Source: Pseudomonas phage SM1. From it: DNA of 64,000 bases. The stretch is from the sequence record NC_041877.1. The stretch is one strand, 5' to 3'. The notes beneath the pieces were generated by a model. The model was not told where the DNA came from, did not search any database, and saw only the letters and a list, made by a program, of their open reading frames with translations. This document shows positions 37,182-46,345 of this stretch, in pieces (within the stretch, counting starts at the first letter, position 1; each line of letters opens with the position of its first letter). Both the position numbers and the translations under genes were made by a program.

Positions 37182-38392
37182 GTCGTACTCAACGCCCTAG
37201 CCGGACCTCTGCGTCCCGTAAGCCGGCAACTACTACCAAACCCCTTCGCTCCACCTACGGCGCCGAAGATGGCCGCCGCCAGATGCAGGAGGAAGCTCGC
37301 CGGCAGGAGGCTCGCCGAGAAGCGCAGAAGCAGCGCTCGTCTGAGCCTCGTCGCTTCTGGATGAAACCGGGAGAGACCCGGGAGCTGATCATCGTCGATG
37401 AAGAGCTGTCTTTCTTCCGCTATGAGCACGCTCTTCGCAACACAGCAACTGGCCGTTTCGACCTTTTCGTACCGTGCGTCAACGAGAATGCCAATTGCCC
37501 GGTGTGCGCTAACAGCGAAAACAAGCCGTCGTATTTCGCCGCGTACCTCACCGTGATCGATACCACTCCGTACGAGAACTCCAACGGCGAAGTCATCGAA
37601 TGGTCCAAGCGCCTGATGGTAATCAAGCCTGCGCAGCAGAAGAAATATCTTCGTTTGCAGGAGCGTGAGAAGAGCCTGCGAGGGCTCGTGATCGAAGTCA
37701 CTCGCGACCGCGAGACCGATGCTGCCATCGGCAACGATGTGGAGTGCGTTGGCGATATCAGCGAAGATGACCTGCTCGCGTACGAGACGGTTTATGTGGA
37801 CAAGGATGGTAAAGAGCATGACGTTATCGGGCATGAGCCGTTCGACTACGAAGAGGCTTTCCCGGAGTGGACCGAGAAGCAACTCGTAGCGGTAGCCGGT
37901 GGTCGCTCTCGTTCGACCATGGGTAATCGAGACGATATCGACCGCGATCTTGGTCGTCGCTCTCGTCGCTCCAGCGAAGAGCAGGAGGAGGACGAGGATA
38001 GCGGCACCCGTGGCCGGCGGTCGGCCAGCCGGGACTCTAGCCGATCTGGAAGTCGTCGCGCTGCCCGCGAAGAGCCGGAAGAGCAGTACGAGGAAGAAGA
38101 GGAAGCTGAAGAGGCTGAAGAGCGCACTCCGAGGCGTTCGGCTGGCCGTACCTCGGCCCGCGCCGCTTCACGTTCCGCCCCTCGCCGGCAGCCGAGAGAA
38201 GAGGCGGAGGAGCCGGAATACGAGGAAGAAGAAGCCGAAGAGCAGCAAACCCCGCGACGCTCCAGTCGCGCGTCTTCTGCTCGTTCGAGGGACGAATATT
38301 CGGTAGAAGATACCCTGCCTGATGAGCGCCCACAACGGCCCGCTCGCTCCGGTGGCGCTGCCAACCGCCGCGAAGCTCTACGGCGTCGCTAA
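37178..38392 (+). CDS. putative ssDNA-binding protein (T4 gp32-like Zn site, acidic repeat tail)
   Basis: The H-x17-C-x7-C-x2-C arrangement (YEH...VPC...NCPVC) resembles the gp32 Zn ligands. The C-terminus carries tandem EEEEAEE / RSxxR repeats. Located in the replication module. Confidence 0.45.
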   Translation: MSRTQRPSRTSASRKPATTTKPLRSTYGAEDGRRQMQEEARRQEARREAQKQRSSEPRRFWMKPGETRELIIVDEELSFFRYEHALRNTATGRFDLFVPCVNENANCPVCANSENKPSYFAAYLTVIDTTPYENSNGEVIEWSKRLMVIKPAQQKKYLRLQEREKSLRGLVIEVTRDRETDAAIGNDVECVGDISEDDLLAYETVYVDKDGKEHDVIGHEPFDYEEAFPEWTEKQLVAVAGGRSRSTMGNRDDIDRDLGRRSRRSSEEQEEDEDSGTRGRRSASRDSSRSGSRRAAREEPEEQYEEEEEAEEAEERTPRRSAGRTSARAASRSAPRRQPREEAEEPEYEEEEAEEQQTPRRSSRASSARSRDEYSVEDTLPDERPQRPARSGGAANRREALRRR

Positions 38393-38395
38393 ACC

Positions 38396-40132
38396 ATGCG
38401 CCCGGCTATCCTAGCGGGCGCCATGAAAATCCCCGTCGCTCGGATTAACGCAAAACTTGTCGAAAAGCATACTACCTACCTCTATAGACCAATGGGGGCG
38501 GAGGATGATATCGAAGTTAAAGCGTTTTTCTACGACGGGGATTTTATATGTGTGCCCAGGCAGTATGGTCTTGCGCTATGCAATAAACTAGGCATTGAGT
38601 GGGAGGACCACACCTCATCCGGGGTACCTGTTTCTTTCCCTAAAGTACCGGTACCTCGCGAATACCAAATCCAGACCTTGGACGATATAGTTCAAGCCTG
38701 TGACAACTACTACGATTTTCTTTTCCGAGCGCACACGGGATGGGGCAAGACCATCGGCGCGCTTATCGTGGCCGCCCGTTTGGGTGTATCTACCCTCATT
38801 ATTGTCGATCAAGATAACTTGGCGGACCAATGGGTAGAGCGGCTCACTGACCCTAGCCTCTTCGGTCTTAACCCAGAGGATATAGGGCGAATTCAGGGAA
38901 AAAAGTGTGACTACGAAGGCAAGCCCGTAACTATTGCGATGGTGCAAACGCTTGCACAAAAAAAATTCGATGAGGAGGTCTACCGCTACCACGGTTTGGT
39001 AATATCGGATGAGGTCCATACTATTGGAGCCCCGACCTTTAGTCAGGTTCTGACTCAGTTCGCGGCTACATGGAGGATTGGGATATCCGCTACTCCGAAA
39101 CGCCGGGACGGTTTGCAGAAGGCTCTAGATCATAACCTGGGCAAGGTAAGGGTGGCCGCTGACAAAGAACACAAAGAGTCTGCGGTATACATGATCTACC
39201 ATGACACCGTTTATTCGTGGTATGGGAATGTGTCGCCGAAGGTTGGACGGATATTGACGGAAATCGCAGACGATGGTTTTCGAAATCTCAAGTTGGCTGA
39301 CGCCGTAGTATGGTTGTACGAGACCGGTAGGGATGTGCTTGTCCTGGGCGACCGAATAGAGCAACTCAAGGAACTCGGTTGTTTGCTGAAATACATGGGC
39401 GTGGAAGAAGATCGCATAGGACTTTATACTGGGGAAGACCCGGTATTCCGTCTTACCAAGGACCCACGTCCTGCGCGCCGCCCGAAAGGTTATGTGCGAG
39501 ATACGGAGTACACTCCTCTGAAATACGAGCGAGTCCGTAAGAAAGTGCCAAAGGCCCGCCTGAAGCAAGTCTTGCGGGAGTCTAAAATTATCCTGGCTAC
39601 GTATGGGATGTTTCAAAAAGGTGTGGATGAACCGAGGTTGGCTGGGGGCGCTGACGCCACGCCGCGAGGAACCTCTGAGCAGCAAATGGGTCGTATCCAG
39701 CGGGAGGTCGCCGGGAAGCATATGCCCATTTGGGTAACTATCGTGGACAGGCAGAACTACCGACTTCTGAACTCGTTCCTAGGGAGGGCTCAGGAGTATG
39801 TCAAAAACAACTCTCGCCTCTTCGAATGGGGCGAAGACGGGGGACTTACTGAATGCGAACCAAAGCGCCTATTCGCCGAGATACGAAACCGAATAAACGA
39901 ACTGAAAGCAATGAGGATCGAAACGAACTCAGACGGTATAAATATGCTAACGACAGCACCCTGCGCGAAGACCAAAGGGCAAAAGCACGAGACCGATATA
40001 CGCGAGTGGGCCAAGCGCCTCTCCCGTCAGCGGTCCGAGGGCGAGGCACGCGAAGGGAAATCACCTTCGAAGGTGCGCCGAGGCCCACCACCATCGAAAC
40101 CTTCAGCATCGCCGAGGCTGCGCAGGCGTTAG
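38396..40132 (+). CDS. SF2 DEAD/DEAH-box DNA helicase (UvsW/RecG-like)
   Basis: Motif I AHTGWGKT, motif II VISDEVH and motif VI QQMGRIQR. In-frame motif copy at 38942-38957 (V-Q-T-L-A-Q). The C-terminal about 90 aa are low complexity and overlapped by a better-looking ORF. Confidence 0.75.
   Translation: MRPAILAGAMKIPVARINAKLVEKHTTYLYRPMGAEDDIEVKAFFYDGDFICVPRQYGLALCNKLGIEWEDHTSSGVPVSFPKVPVPREYQIQTLDDIVQACDNYYDFLFRAHTGWGKTIGALIVAARLGVSTLIIVDQDNLADQWVERLTDPSLFGLNPEDIGRIQGKKCDYEGKPVTIAMVQTLAQKKFDEEVYRYHGLVISDEVHTIGAPTFSQVLTQFAATWRIGISATPKRRDGLQKALDHNLGKVRVAADKEHKESAVYMIYHDTVYSWYGNVSPKVGRILTEIADDGFRNLKLADAVVWLYETGRDVLVLGDRIEQLKELGCLLKYMGVEEDRIGLYTGEDPVFRLTKDPRPARRPKGYVRDTEYTPLKYERVRKKVPKARLKQVLRESKIILATYGMFQKGVDEPRLAGGADATPRGTSEQQMGRIQREVAGKHMPIWVTIVDRQNYRLLNSFLGRAQEYVKNNSRLFEWGEDGGLTECEPKRLFAEIRNRINELKAMRIETNSDGINMLTTAPCAKTKGQKHETDIREWAKRLSRQRSEGEAREGKSPSKVRRGPPPSKPSASPRLRRR
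38942..38957. repeat. motif copy GTGCAAACGCTTGCAC inside helicase CDS (V-Q-T-L-A-Q)
   Basis: Same family. Confidence 0.8.
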
Positions 40133-40362
40133 GCAAGTCGCTGAGTACCTTCCGACGGTGGCTCCGAGAGGACATGCTCCCTGAGCCGTATTTGGAGGAG
40201 ACCAGTTCCGGCTACCACGTCTATAGCCGTGGGGAGCTTGAGGTGATTGCTGCGGTTCTGTCCGAGCATGCGCAAACCTTCGCGAATGCATGCCGGACCC
40301 ATACGCATGTATGGCACCAGATACAGCAGCGCATTAGCGCATATCGCGCCGAACGACTATGA
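40011..40362 (+). CDS. putative MerR-family HTH protein (start uncertain)
   Basis: Alternative frame over the helicase 3' end encodes FSIAEAAQALGKSLSTFRRWLRE...GYHVYSRGELEVIAAVL, which is MerR N-terminal-domain-like. No clear RBS. Confidence 0.3.
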
Positions 40363-40370
40363 GGTGAGTT

Positions 40371-40724
40371 ATGGCACTACCACGCCGGATCAATACCAAG
40401 AGACCGAAACCTTCTACAACCCACAAGGGCTCCGTGGTAAGTAACTCGGCTTTACGACATCGAAAAGCCCTACTGGACGAGCAAGAACTTCGCGAAGACC
40501 TCGACGAGGTAACGTTCCCCGCCGGGGAGGAACCCGCGTTTATACGGGTAGGCGTAGGCCAAACGTACAACATGGGCGACTTTAACTCTCTGCGGCTAGA
40601 AGTCTCCGTAACTCTCCCTTGCCGGGTTGATCGGCTGGAAGATACTTATCGGGAAGCTTCCGATTTCTGTAATGAAAAGCTGGCAGAAGAAGAAGCGCTT
40701 TGGTTTCCTAAAAGGGGTAAGTAG
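40371..40724 (+). CDS. hypothetical protein
   Basis: RBS gaggtgag plus ATG. Confidence 0.4.
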   Translation: MALPRRINTKRPKPSTTHKGSVVSNSALRHRKALLDEQELREDLDEVTFPAGEEPAFIRVGVGQTYNMGDFNSLRLEVSVTLPCRVDRLEDTYREASDFCNEKLAEEEALWFPKRGK

Positions 40725-40726
40725 AA

Positions 40727-41929
40727 ATGGCTGTACAGCGGAGAGCGCCGAAGACCTCGCGTAAGATGACCAATGCGACCAGAGACAACCCCAGGACCGG
40801 AGCCGAGCTTACTGCGGCCCTGAAAGCCATCGAGAAGAAACTCGGAGAGCACGTAGTAACTCGGGCCTCTGACTTACGGACGGCCAAGCGATTCCCGTCA
40901 GGGGTGTTCACCTTCGATGTGGCCACTTGCGGCGGCATACCGATTCAAGGTATGACAGAGATTCACGGTATACGCTCTAGCGGCAAAACGACTTTTGCTT
41001 ATCTGGTAATTGCCCAGGCCCAGATGCACTACCCGGATAAGGTATGTGTACTTGTCGATCAGGAGCGTAGTTTCGACTCGGTGTGGGCCGAGAAGTGTGG
41101 CGTCGATTTGGCCCGTCTGGAAGTTATCACCGCAGATACTGGCGAAGATGCGGTAGACCTCATGGAGGGTATGGTGCGGGTGGCTGAGGTGTGTTTGGTA
41201 GTTTTGGACTCCATCGGTACGCTTACTCCCCACAAGGAAATCGAAGGGGCTTCGGAGGACCAGCACGTTGGTATCCACGCCAAACTCTGTACCCGTTTGG
41301 TGCGGAAACTTACCACGGCTTTGGGGGTTGAGAAATCGCGAGGACATGAGGTTTCAGTGCTCTGCATCAACCAGCAGCGAGCCGGCGTTGGCAAATGGGC
41401 CCCACCGGGCCAGGAAGCCGTTAGCCTGCCGGGCGGTAAAGCCCTGGAGCATGCTTTCCTCATAATCGCGAGGTTTAAAAATAAGGAAAATATGCGCAAG
41501 GACAGTGACGGATTCGACCTCCTTGATTACAACGAGCACGCCTTCACGCTTGAGAAGAATAAAATCTGTGCAGGTATGCGGCAGGGTGAATACCAGCTAA
41601 TGCGTCGTGACCATGACGAGATCGAGGACCTCCGCGAGGGCATGGTAGACAATGTGCCGACTATGATCGCGTACGCTAAGAAGATGGGGGTATATGCGGG
41701 GGCTGGCCGTAGCTGGACGTTGTATCTGCCGGACGAGGAGATCACGCTGGGTAGTGCCGACGAACATATCGCAAACATCTATGGCGATCCTCTGTTGTAC
41801 TGGCGGTTCCGTAACCACCTAATAGCTCTGCATGCTGCAAAATTGCGGATGCCAGATTACTTCATCGAAAGTTTCTACGGTGACGACGCGCCGGGGATTG
41901 CCTTCTATGAATCGCTTGAGACGGAGTAG
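40727..41929 (+). CDS. RecA-family recombinase (UvsX/RecA-like)
   Basis: Walker A GIRSSGKTT and Walker B LVVLDSIG. About 400 aa, like UvsX. Confidence 0.8.
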   Translation: MAVQRRAPKTSRKMTNATRDNPRTGAELTAALKAIEKKLGEHVVTRASDLRTAKRFPSGVFTFDVATCGGIPIQGMTEIHGIRSSGKTTFAYLVIAQAQMHYPDKVCVLVDQERSFDSVWAEKCGVDLARLEVITADTGEDAVDLMEGMVRVAEVCLVVLDSIGTLTPHKEIEGASEDQHVGIHAKLCTRLVRKLTTALGVEKSRGHEVSVLCINQQRAGVGKWAPPGQEAVSLPGGKALEHAFLIIARFKNKENMRKDSDGFDLLDYNEHAFTLEKNKICAGMRQGEYQLMRRDHDEIEDLREGMVDNVPTMIAYAKKMGVYAGAGRSWTLYLPDEEITLGSADEHIANIYGDPLLYWRFRNHLIALHAAKLRMPDYFIESFYGDDAPGIAFYESLETE

Positions 41930-42129
41930 GCCAGCCGTAGTGACGGAAACCAAACACGAGCGCCTTAAACAGGCGCTCCGCTGGTATCCAAAGATGCATG
42001 AACAGGGGGCCTCCTTCTCCTCTTTGTTATATACCGCTTCTGTATGGCACGGCAGCCGCGCTAACGTACGGGGCGAGACGTGGAGTGATGAGGAGATATC
42101 TAAAGCCTTAACAGAGCTAGGGATTGAGT

Positions 42130-42495
42130 ATGAGCAACCCAGTATTCGACCGGTTCGAAAAGAAATCGAATCTCACCAAGAGCCATCGCAGGAGCAAGAC
42201 CCAAGAGCGGGAAGTGGCGAAGCGAGTAGGCGGTCGTTTAACTCCCGCGTCAGGCGCCCGAGAAGTGAAAGGGGATGTGCGGGTAAAGAGAGTGGTTCGG
42301 ATAGAATGCAAAACGACGAAGAACAAATCGTTCTCTGTCACGCGCGAGATGATAGAAAAACTGGAAATGGCGGCCACCTTGTCAGGGGAGATGCCAGTGC
42401 TAGTCGTAGAGTTCAACGACGGCGCTGGGCGCAAGCAAGGTGAGTTGGTCATTTGCCCTAGCTATGTTTTGGACGATCTAGTAGAGGTAAACTGA
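42130..42495 (+). CDS. putative PD-(D/E)xK-type nuclease (Holliday-junction-resolvase-like)
   Basis: D...E-C-K motif (GDVRVKRVVRIECK). Fully overlapped by an alternative ORF 41941..42443. Confidence 0.4.
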   Translation: MSNPVFDRFEKKSNLTKSHRRSKTQEREVAKRVGGRLTPASGAREVKGDVRVKRVVRIECKTTKNKSFSVTREMIEKLEMAATLSGEMPVLVVEFNDGAGRKQGELVICPSYVLDDLVEVN

Positions 42496-43502
42496 TGCCA
42501 ACTATTCGCCGCCCTACTTCCGGAAAGCCACCAGCCACCAGAACGGAAGAGGTACTAAAGCGCCGCCGGTCGAGCCCGGAGGAAAAGCCCTCCACCCGTT
42601 TGCGCATACGAGCTGCTCGCAATTTAGTGCAGCCTGCGTCTAGCGGTTTGGGTGAGGTAGTCCGGGCACCCAACACCGATTACGTATACGGAGATGCGAT
42701 CCGCCCGGCAGCACGCCAGAGCAAGCCAATGCGAACGGGCGAGTACCTTCACGTTTCGGACTTGATTCATCGGTGCGTTCGAGCCCGCGCATTGCATGAG
42801 TTGCACCAGTTGTCGCTACCGCAGCAGCGACTTACTGTGTCGGACCTGACCACGTTCGCTCAGGGCGATGCGATACATGACGTTGGCAAATCCCTGGCGC
42901 GCGATGGGGCGCCATACCTCACTTGGGGTAAGTGGTCGTGCAAATGTGAATACCTCAAACACGAAGACCCCTGCCTGTACGAAGAAATCGATCAGGAAGA
43001 GGTTTGCCCGCATTGCCACACGCATGTGGATCAGTACCACGAAGTGAGTTTCTTCGACGAGGAGTATGGCGTAGTCGGCAACCCGGACCTTCTCTTCTAC
43101 ATTCCGCGATCCTCTGCCTACCACGTCGTCGAACTTAAATCGATTTCGCATGAACAGTGGAAGGAGCTGTCCCGCCCTAAGCCGGAGCATGTCTTGCAAG
43201 TAGTGTGGTATTGGCTACTCATGCGCCGGGCCGGAAAGCGGATGACGGATCGATGCAGCATAGTTTACTACACAAAGGGATGGCTGTTCGGTGACCAGAT
43301 CAACAATAAAGAGTTTCTGGTAGAACCTGAAAAGGAAGTGAAACGTCTGGACGATATGATCGAGGACGCCAAACGCTATCGGGCACACCGTAAAGCCCTA
43401 ATTGCGAAAACGTCGGCACCGCTTCCGACCCGCACTTGCGCCAGGGAGGATGTCAAGGCAGCTAAAGCCTGCCCTGTATGCGAACTCTGCTTCAGGAGCT
43501 GA
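42495..43502 (+). CDS. Cas4/RecB-like exonuclease with Fe-S cysteine cluster
   Basis: PD-(D/E)xK core (DLLFY...ELKSIS). One N-terminal Cys plus a C-terminal CxxC..C cluster (CAREDVKAAKACPVCELC). Confidence 0.65.
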   Translation: MPTIRRPTSGKPPATRTEEVLKRRRSSPEEKPSTRLRIRAARNLVQPASSGLGEVVRAPNTDYVYGDAIRPAARQSKPMRTGEYLHVSDLIHRCVRARALHELHQLSLPQQRLTVSDLTTFAQGDAIHDVGKSLARDGAPYLTWGKWSCKCEYLKHEDPCLYEEIDQEEVCPHCHTHVDQYHEVSFFDEEYGVVGNPDLLFYIPRSSAYHVVELKSISHEQWKELSRPKPEHVLQVVWYWLLMRRAGKRMTDRCSIVYYTKGWLFGDQINNKEFLVEPEKEVKRLDDMIEDAKRYRAHRKALIAKTSAPLPTRTCAREDVKAAKACPVCELCFRS

Positions 43503-43504
43503 TT

Positions 43505-44119
43505 ATGCGGATACGACGTACTAAGTCTGATGGTCAGTTGTTCGTTCTGGGCGTAGACCCGTCATTGGGGTCTACCGGCTACTGTTATGAGCTTGACGGT
43601 CGCCCGGTAGTGGGTAGGCTCTGTACTAAGTTTCGTGGAATGCAGAGGCTGGAACACCAGTTAAACCAGTTTCGTGGGCTGTTGGATACGGTGATGGAGG
43701 AGGCGACCGATTACCGGATAGTTTGCGTATACGAAGGGTATGCAATCGGCGCCAAGGGGGTTGGTCGTTGGGAATCCGCAGAGTTGGGCGGGCAATTCAA
43801 GCTGGAACTTTACAAACGCGGGATTCCGGTTATCCTAGTGCCTCCTACTACCCTAAAGCTGGTATTCACTGGCAAGGGGAACAGCAAGAAGCCTGCGATG
43901 AAAGCTGCCGCTATTGAGCACTTCGGTGTAGATAGCAGTTTGAATAACGATGAAGTAGACGCGTATGCTTTGTATCGATTGGGCCATGCGTTACTTCACG
44001 GGATCGGACCGGCGGAGTTTTTGCAACGTGCGTTACGGGCGAAAAGTAAGGTAACATTGCACCCAGGCAAGGGAGCCTTCGAGATGCAAGCGCTTGCACA
44101 TTTGGCTTCTGTAGGTTGA
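43505..44119 (+). CDS. RuvC-like Holliday junction resolvase
   Basis: LGVDPSLGSTGY (Asp1), YEGYAIG, and a DEVDAYAL C-terminal acidic motif. In-frame motif copy at the 3' end (M-Q-A-L-A-H). Confidence 0.7.
   Translation: MRIRRTKSDGQLFVLGVDPSLGSTGYCYELDGRPVVGRLCTKFRGMQRLEHQLNQFRGLLDTVMEEATDYRIVCVYEGYAIGAKGVGRWESAELGGQFKLELYKRGIPVILVPPTTLKLVFTGKGNSKKPAMKAAAIEHFGVDSSLNNDEVDAYALYRLGHALLHGIGPAEFLQRALRAKSKVTLHPGKGAFEMQALAHLASVG
44084..44099. repeat. motif copy ATGCAAGCGCTTGCAC at 3' end of RuvC gene (M-Q-A-L-A-H)
   Basis: Same family, perfect 14-mer core. Confidence 0.8.
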
Positions 44120-44201
44120 TTGCGATATACTTTTGACCTACGATCTGCATCGTAAATTCGATAACCAACGACCGGCTTGCCGGTAAAACCAACGAAACAG
44201 G

Positions 44202-45551
44202 ATGGAAGACACCATGGCACAGACCAAGCCCAAGACCGCCCCGGTCGTGGAACAGGCGGAACAAGAAATCGTAATCGGCAGCCGAGTCAAGTTCCTCGGC
44301 TACGACGAGCAGACCAAGGAAGAGGATCGTATCCTCGAAGACGGCGGCATCTACCTCGTGGTCGGCTTCGAGCCGGAGCAGGAAGGTGACGACGATGAAA
44401 CCCTGCCGGTCCTTCAGGCGCCGAACCCGGGCTTCAATCCGAAGAAGAAGAAGCACCCGGAAACCAACCCGGAATTCCTCGAAGTCGTCTGCTTCCCCGA
44501 GGAAGTAGAGCTTTCTGACGAGGCCGACGAGGCCGAGGAAGAAGCCGAGGAAGAAGAAGTCGAAGAGCAGCCGGAAAAACCGGCGCGCGGCGCCAAGGGT
44601 AAGGCCGCCGACAAGGGCAAAGCTGCCGACAAGGGCAAGGCGCCGGCCAAGGGCAAGGCTGCCGAAAAAGCGCCGGCCAAGGGCAAAGCAGTGGCCAAGC
44701 AGGTCGAAGAAGAGCCGGAAGACGCGGGCGACCCGGTACTGGCCGACGTTCCCGATCTGGAGCAGGAAGACCCGTCCGTTCTCGATCTGGTAAACGACAA
44801 CGACGATCTGATCGCTGCCGTCCAGACCATGGAAAACGAGATCGCCACCACCGAGTTCCAGATCGGCGGCATGCTGTACCACATCAAGCGCGAAGTGCCC
44901 TGGCGTGACATGGACCCTGCCTACGCAGAGCAGGGCGGTTGGGGCAAGTTCGTCGAGGCCTACTTCAACCTCGGCGCGCGTAAAGCCACCCAACTGATCG
45001 CGATCTACGTTCAGTTCAACCAGGCCGGCATCGCCAACCCGTCGGAAGTCGTATCGACCCTCGGCTGGTCCAAGGCGGCCAAGCTGTGTGGCTACCTCAA
45101 CGAGGAAGGCGTCGATGCCGGCGAACTGATCGAACTCGCAGGCGAGACCGCCACCAACGACCTGTCCACGGTCCTCAAGGAGACCTACCGCGAAGGCGGC
45201 ACCGGCGGCACCCCGGGCGAGAAGAAGGTGCGGGTTAAGGTGAACCTGTCCTTCGAGCAGGAGAAGGGCGAGCTGGTTCAGGACATCATCTCGGAAGCCG
45301 TCTCCACCTTCGGCGCGGCCACCGAAGAAGAAGCTCTGTTCCAAGTTCTCGTCGAGTGGCGCGCCAGTAACACCGCCGGCGGCGCGGCTGTCGATGCCAA
45401 AGAGAGCGGCAAAGAGGTGGCAGAAAAAGCGGTAGCGGACGCCAAGGCCAAGCGCGCCGGCGCCAAGCCCGCTTCGAAGCCCGCCGCCAAACCGGCAGCC
45501 AAGCCAGCGACCAAACCGGCGACCAAGCCGGCCAGCCGTGGCCGTAAATAA
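44202..45551 (+). CDS. hypothetical protein with acidic segment and histone-H1-like (K-A-A-D/K-G-K-A) repeats
   Basis: Repeats GKAADKGKAADKGKAPAKGKAAEKAPAKGKAVAK and a C-terminal AKPA repeat. Followed by a terminator. Confidence 0.5.
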   Translation: MEDTMAQTKPKTAPVVEQAEQEIVIGSRVKFLGYDEQTKEEDRILEDGGIYLVVGFEPEQEGDDDETLPVLQAPNPGFNPKKKKHPETNPEFLEVVCFPEEVELSDEADEAEEEAEEEEVEEQPEKPARGAKGKAADKGKAADKGKAPAKGKAAEKAPAKGKAVAKQVEEEPEDAGDPVLADVPDLEQEDPSVLDLVNDNDDLIAAVQTMENEIATTEFQIGGMLYHIKREVPWRDMDPAYAEQGGWGKFVEAYFNLGARKATQLIAIYVQFNQAGIANPSEVVSTLGWSKAAKLCGYLNEEGVDAGELIELAGETATNDLSTVLKETYREGGTGGTPGEKKVRVKVNLSFEQEKGELVQDIISEAVSTFGAATEEEALFQVLVEWRASNTAGGAAVDAKESGKEVAEKAVADAKAKRAGAKPASKPAAKPAAKPATKPATKPASRGRK

Positions 45552-45577
45552 CGCCCGGCGCATCCTGTAACCCCGAA

Positions 45578-45607
45578 GGGGCTCTCCATAGCGGGGAGCC
45601 CCTTTTT
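45578..45607 (+). terminator. rho-independent terminator GGGGCTC-(11)-GAGCCCCTTTTTCTTT
   Basis: GC stem plus T tract. The junction sequence is nearly identical to terminator 3800-3826 plus its downstream RBS. Confidence 0.6.
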
Positions 45608-45624
45608 CTTTGAGGAGAGAAAAC

Positions 45625-46335
45625 ATGGCTCTACAACGTAGCCGGCGCTCGGCGTCTTCGTCCAAAACCAACGCGAAGCCCCGACGTGCGGCTGAGCCCG
45701 TACGGATCAAAATCGACTATATCCCTATCGAGGAGATTGTCCCCTACGAGTTCAACGCCCGTAACAATGAGCAGGCCATCGAAGCGGTCAAAAAGTCTAT
45801 TCAGCAATTTGGCTTTCTGAACCCGATTGTCCTCGACGAGAACAACGTGCTGGTCGCGGGCCATACGCGAACGGAAGCGGCCAAGCAACTAGGCTATATC
45901 GAGCTTCCGTTCGTAAGCGCAGCCCACCTTACTCCGGAGCAAGTACAGGCCTTCCGCCTCGTAGACAACAAAGTAGCTGAGATTGCTACATGGGATGACG
46001 CACTCTTGGCGCAGGAAATGTATGCGATCAAGGAGATGTTTGATTTCACTGATTTCGGTTGGGACGCGGCAGAGATCGATTGCCTGGGCCAGCTTGTTTC
46101 TGACGATTGCCTACTCACTGCTGGTCTAGCTACGCCGGAGGAGGATGAAGAAGGTAGCGCCCGCCTTCCTGTGCGGCGTTCCCCGGCAACTGCGCGTATT
46201 GTGATCGGAGAGTTCGTCTTTTTCCGTCCGGCATCCTCAGTTCGCAATTTCCTCGACGGTCTGCGGCGTGCCCACAACGCCGACAGTGCGGCGATGGAAG
46301 AGGATATCGCTAACCGGCTTGGGCTACTGGATTAA
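45625..46335 (+). CDS. ParB-like nuclease-domain protein (ParB/Srx fold)
   Basis: IEEIVPYEFNARNN...IVLDENNVLVAGHTRTEAAKQLG is a ParB N-terminal domain signature. RBS gaggaga. Confidence 0.65.
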   Translation: MALQRSRRSASSSKTNAKPRRAAEPVRIKIDYIPIEEIVPYEFNARNNEQAIEAVKKSIQQFGFLNPIVLDENNVLVAGHTRTEAAKQLGYIELPFVSAAHLTPEQVQAFRLVDNKVAEIATWDDALLAQEMYAIKEMFDFTDFGWDAAEIDCLGQLVSDDCLLTAGLATPEEDEEGSARLPVRRSPATARIVIGEFVFFRPASSVRNFLDGLRRAHNADSAAMEEDIANRLGLLD

Positions 46336-46345
46336 GGAGCACCAA

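Noticed and set aside
43911-45710. 599-aa minus-strand ORF
   Set aside because: It is antisense to two well-supported + strand genes in a GC-rich region. The translation is Gly/Arg/Leu-rich low complexity with no RBS context. This is a typical spurious antisense ORF.
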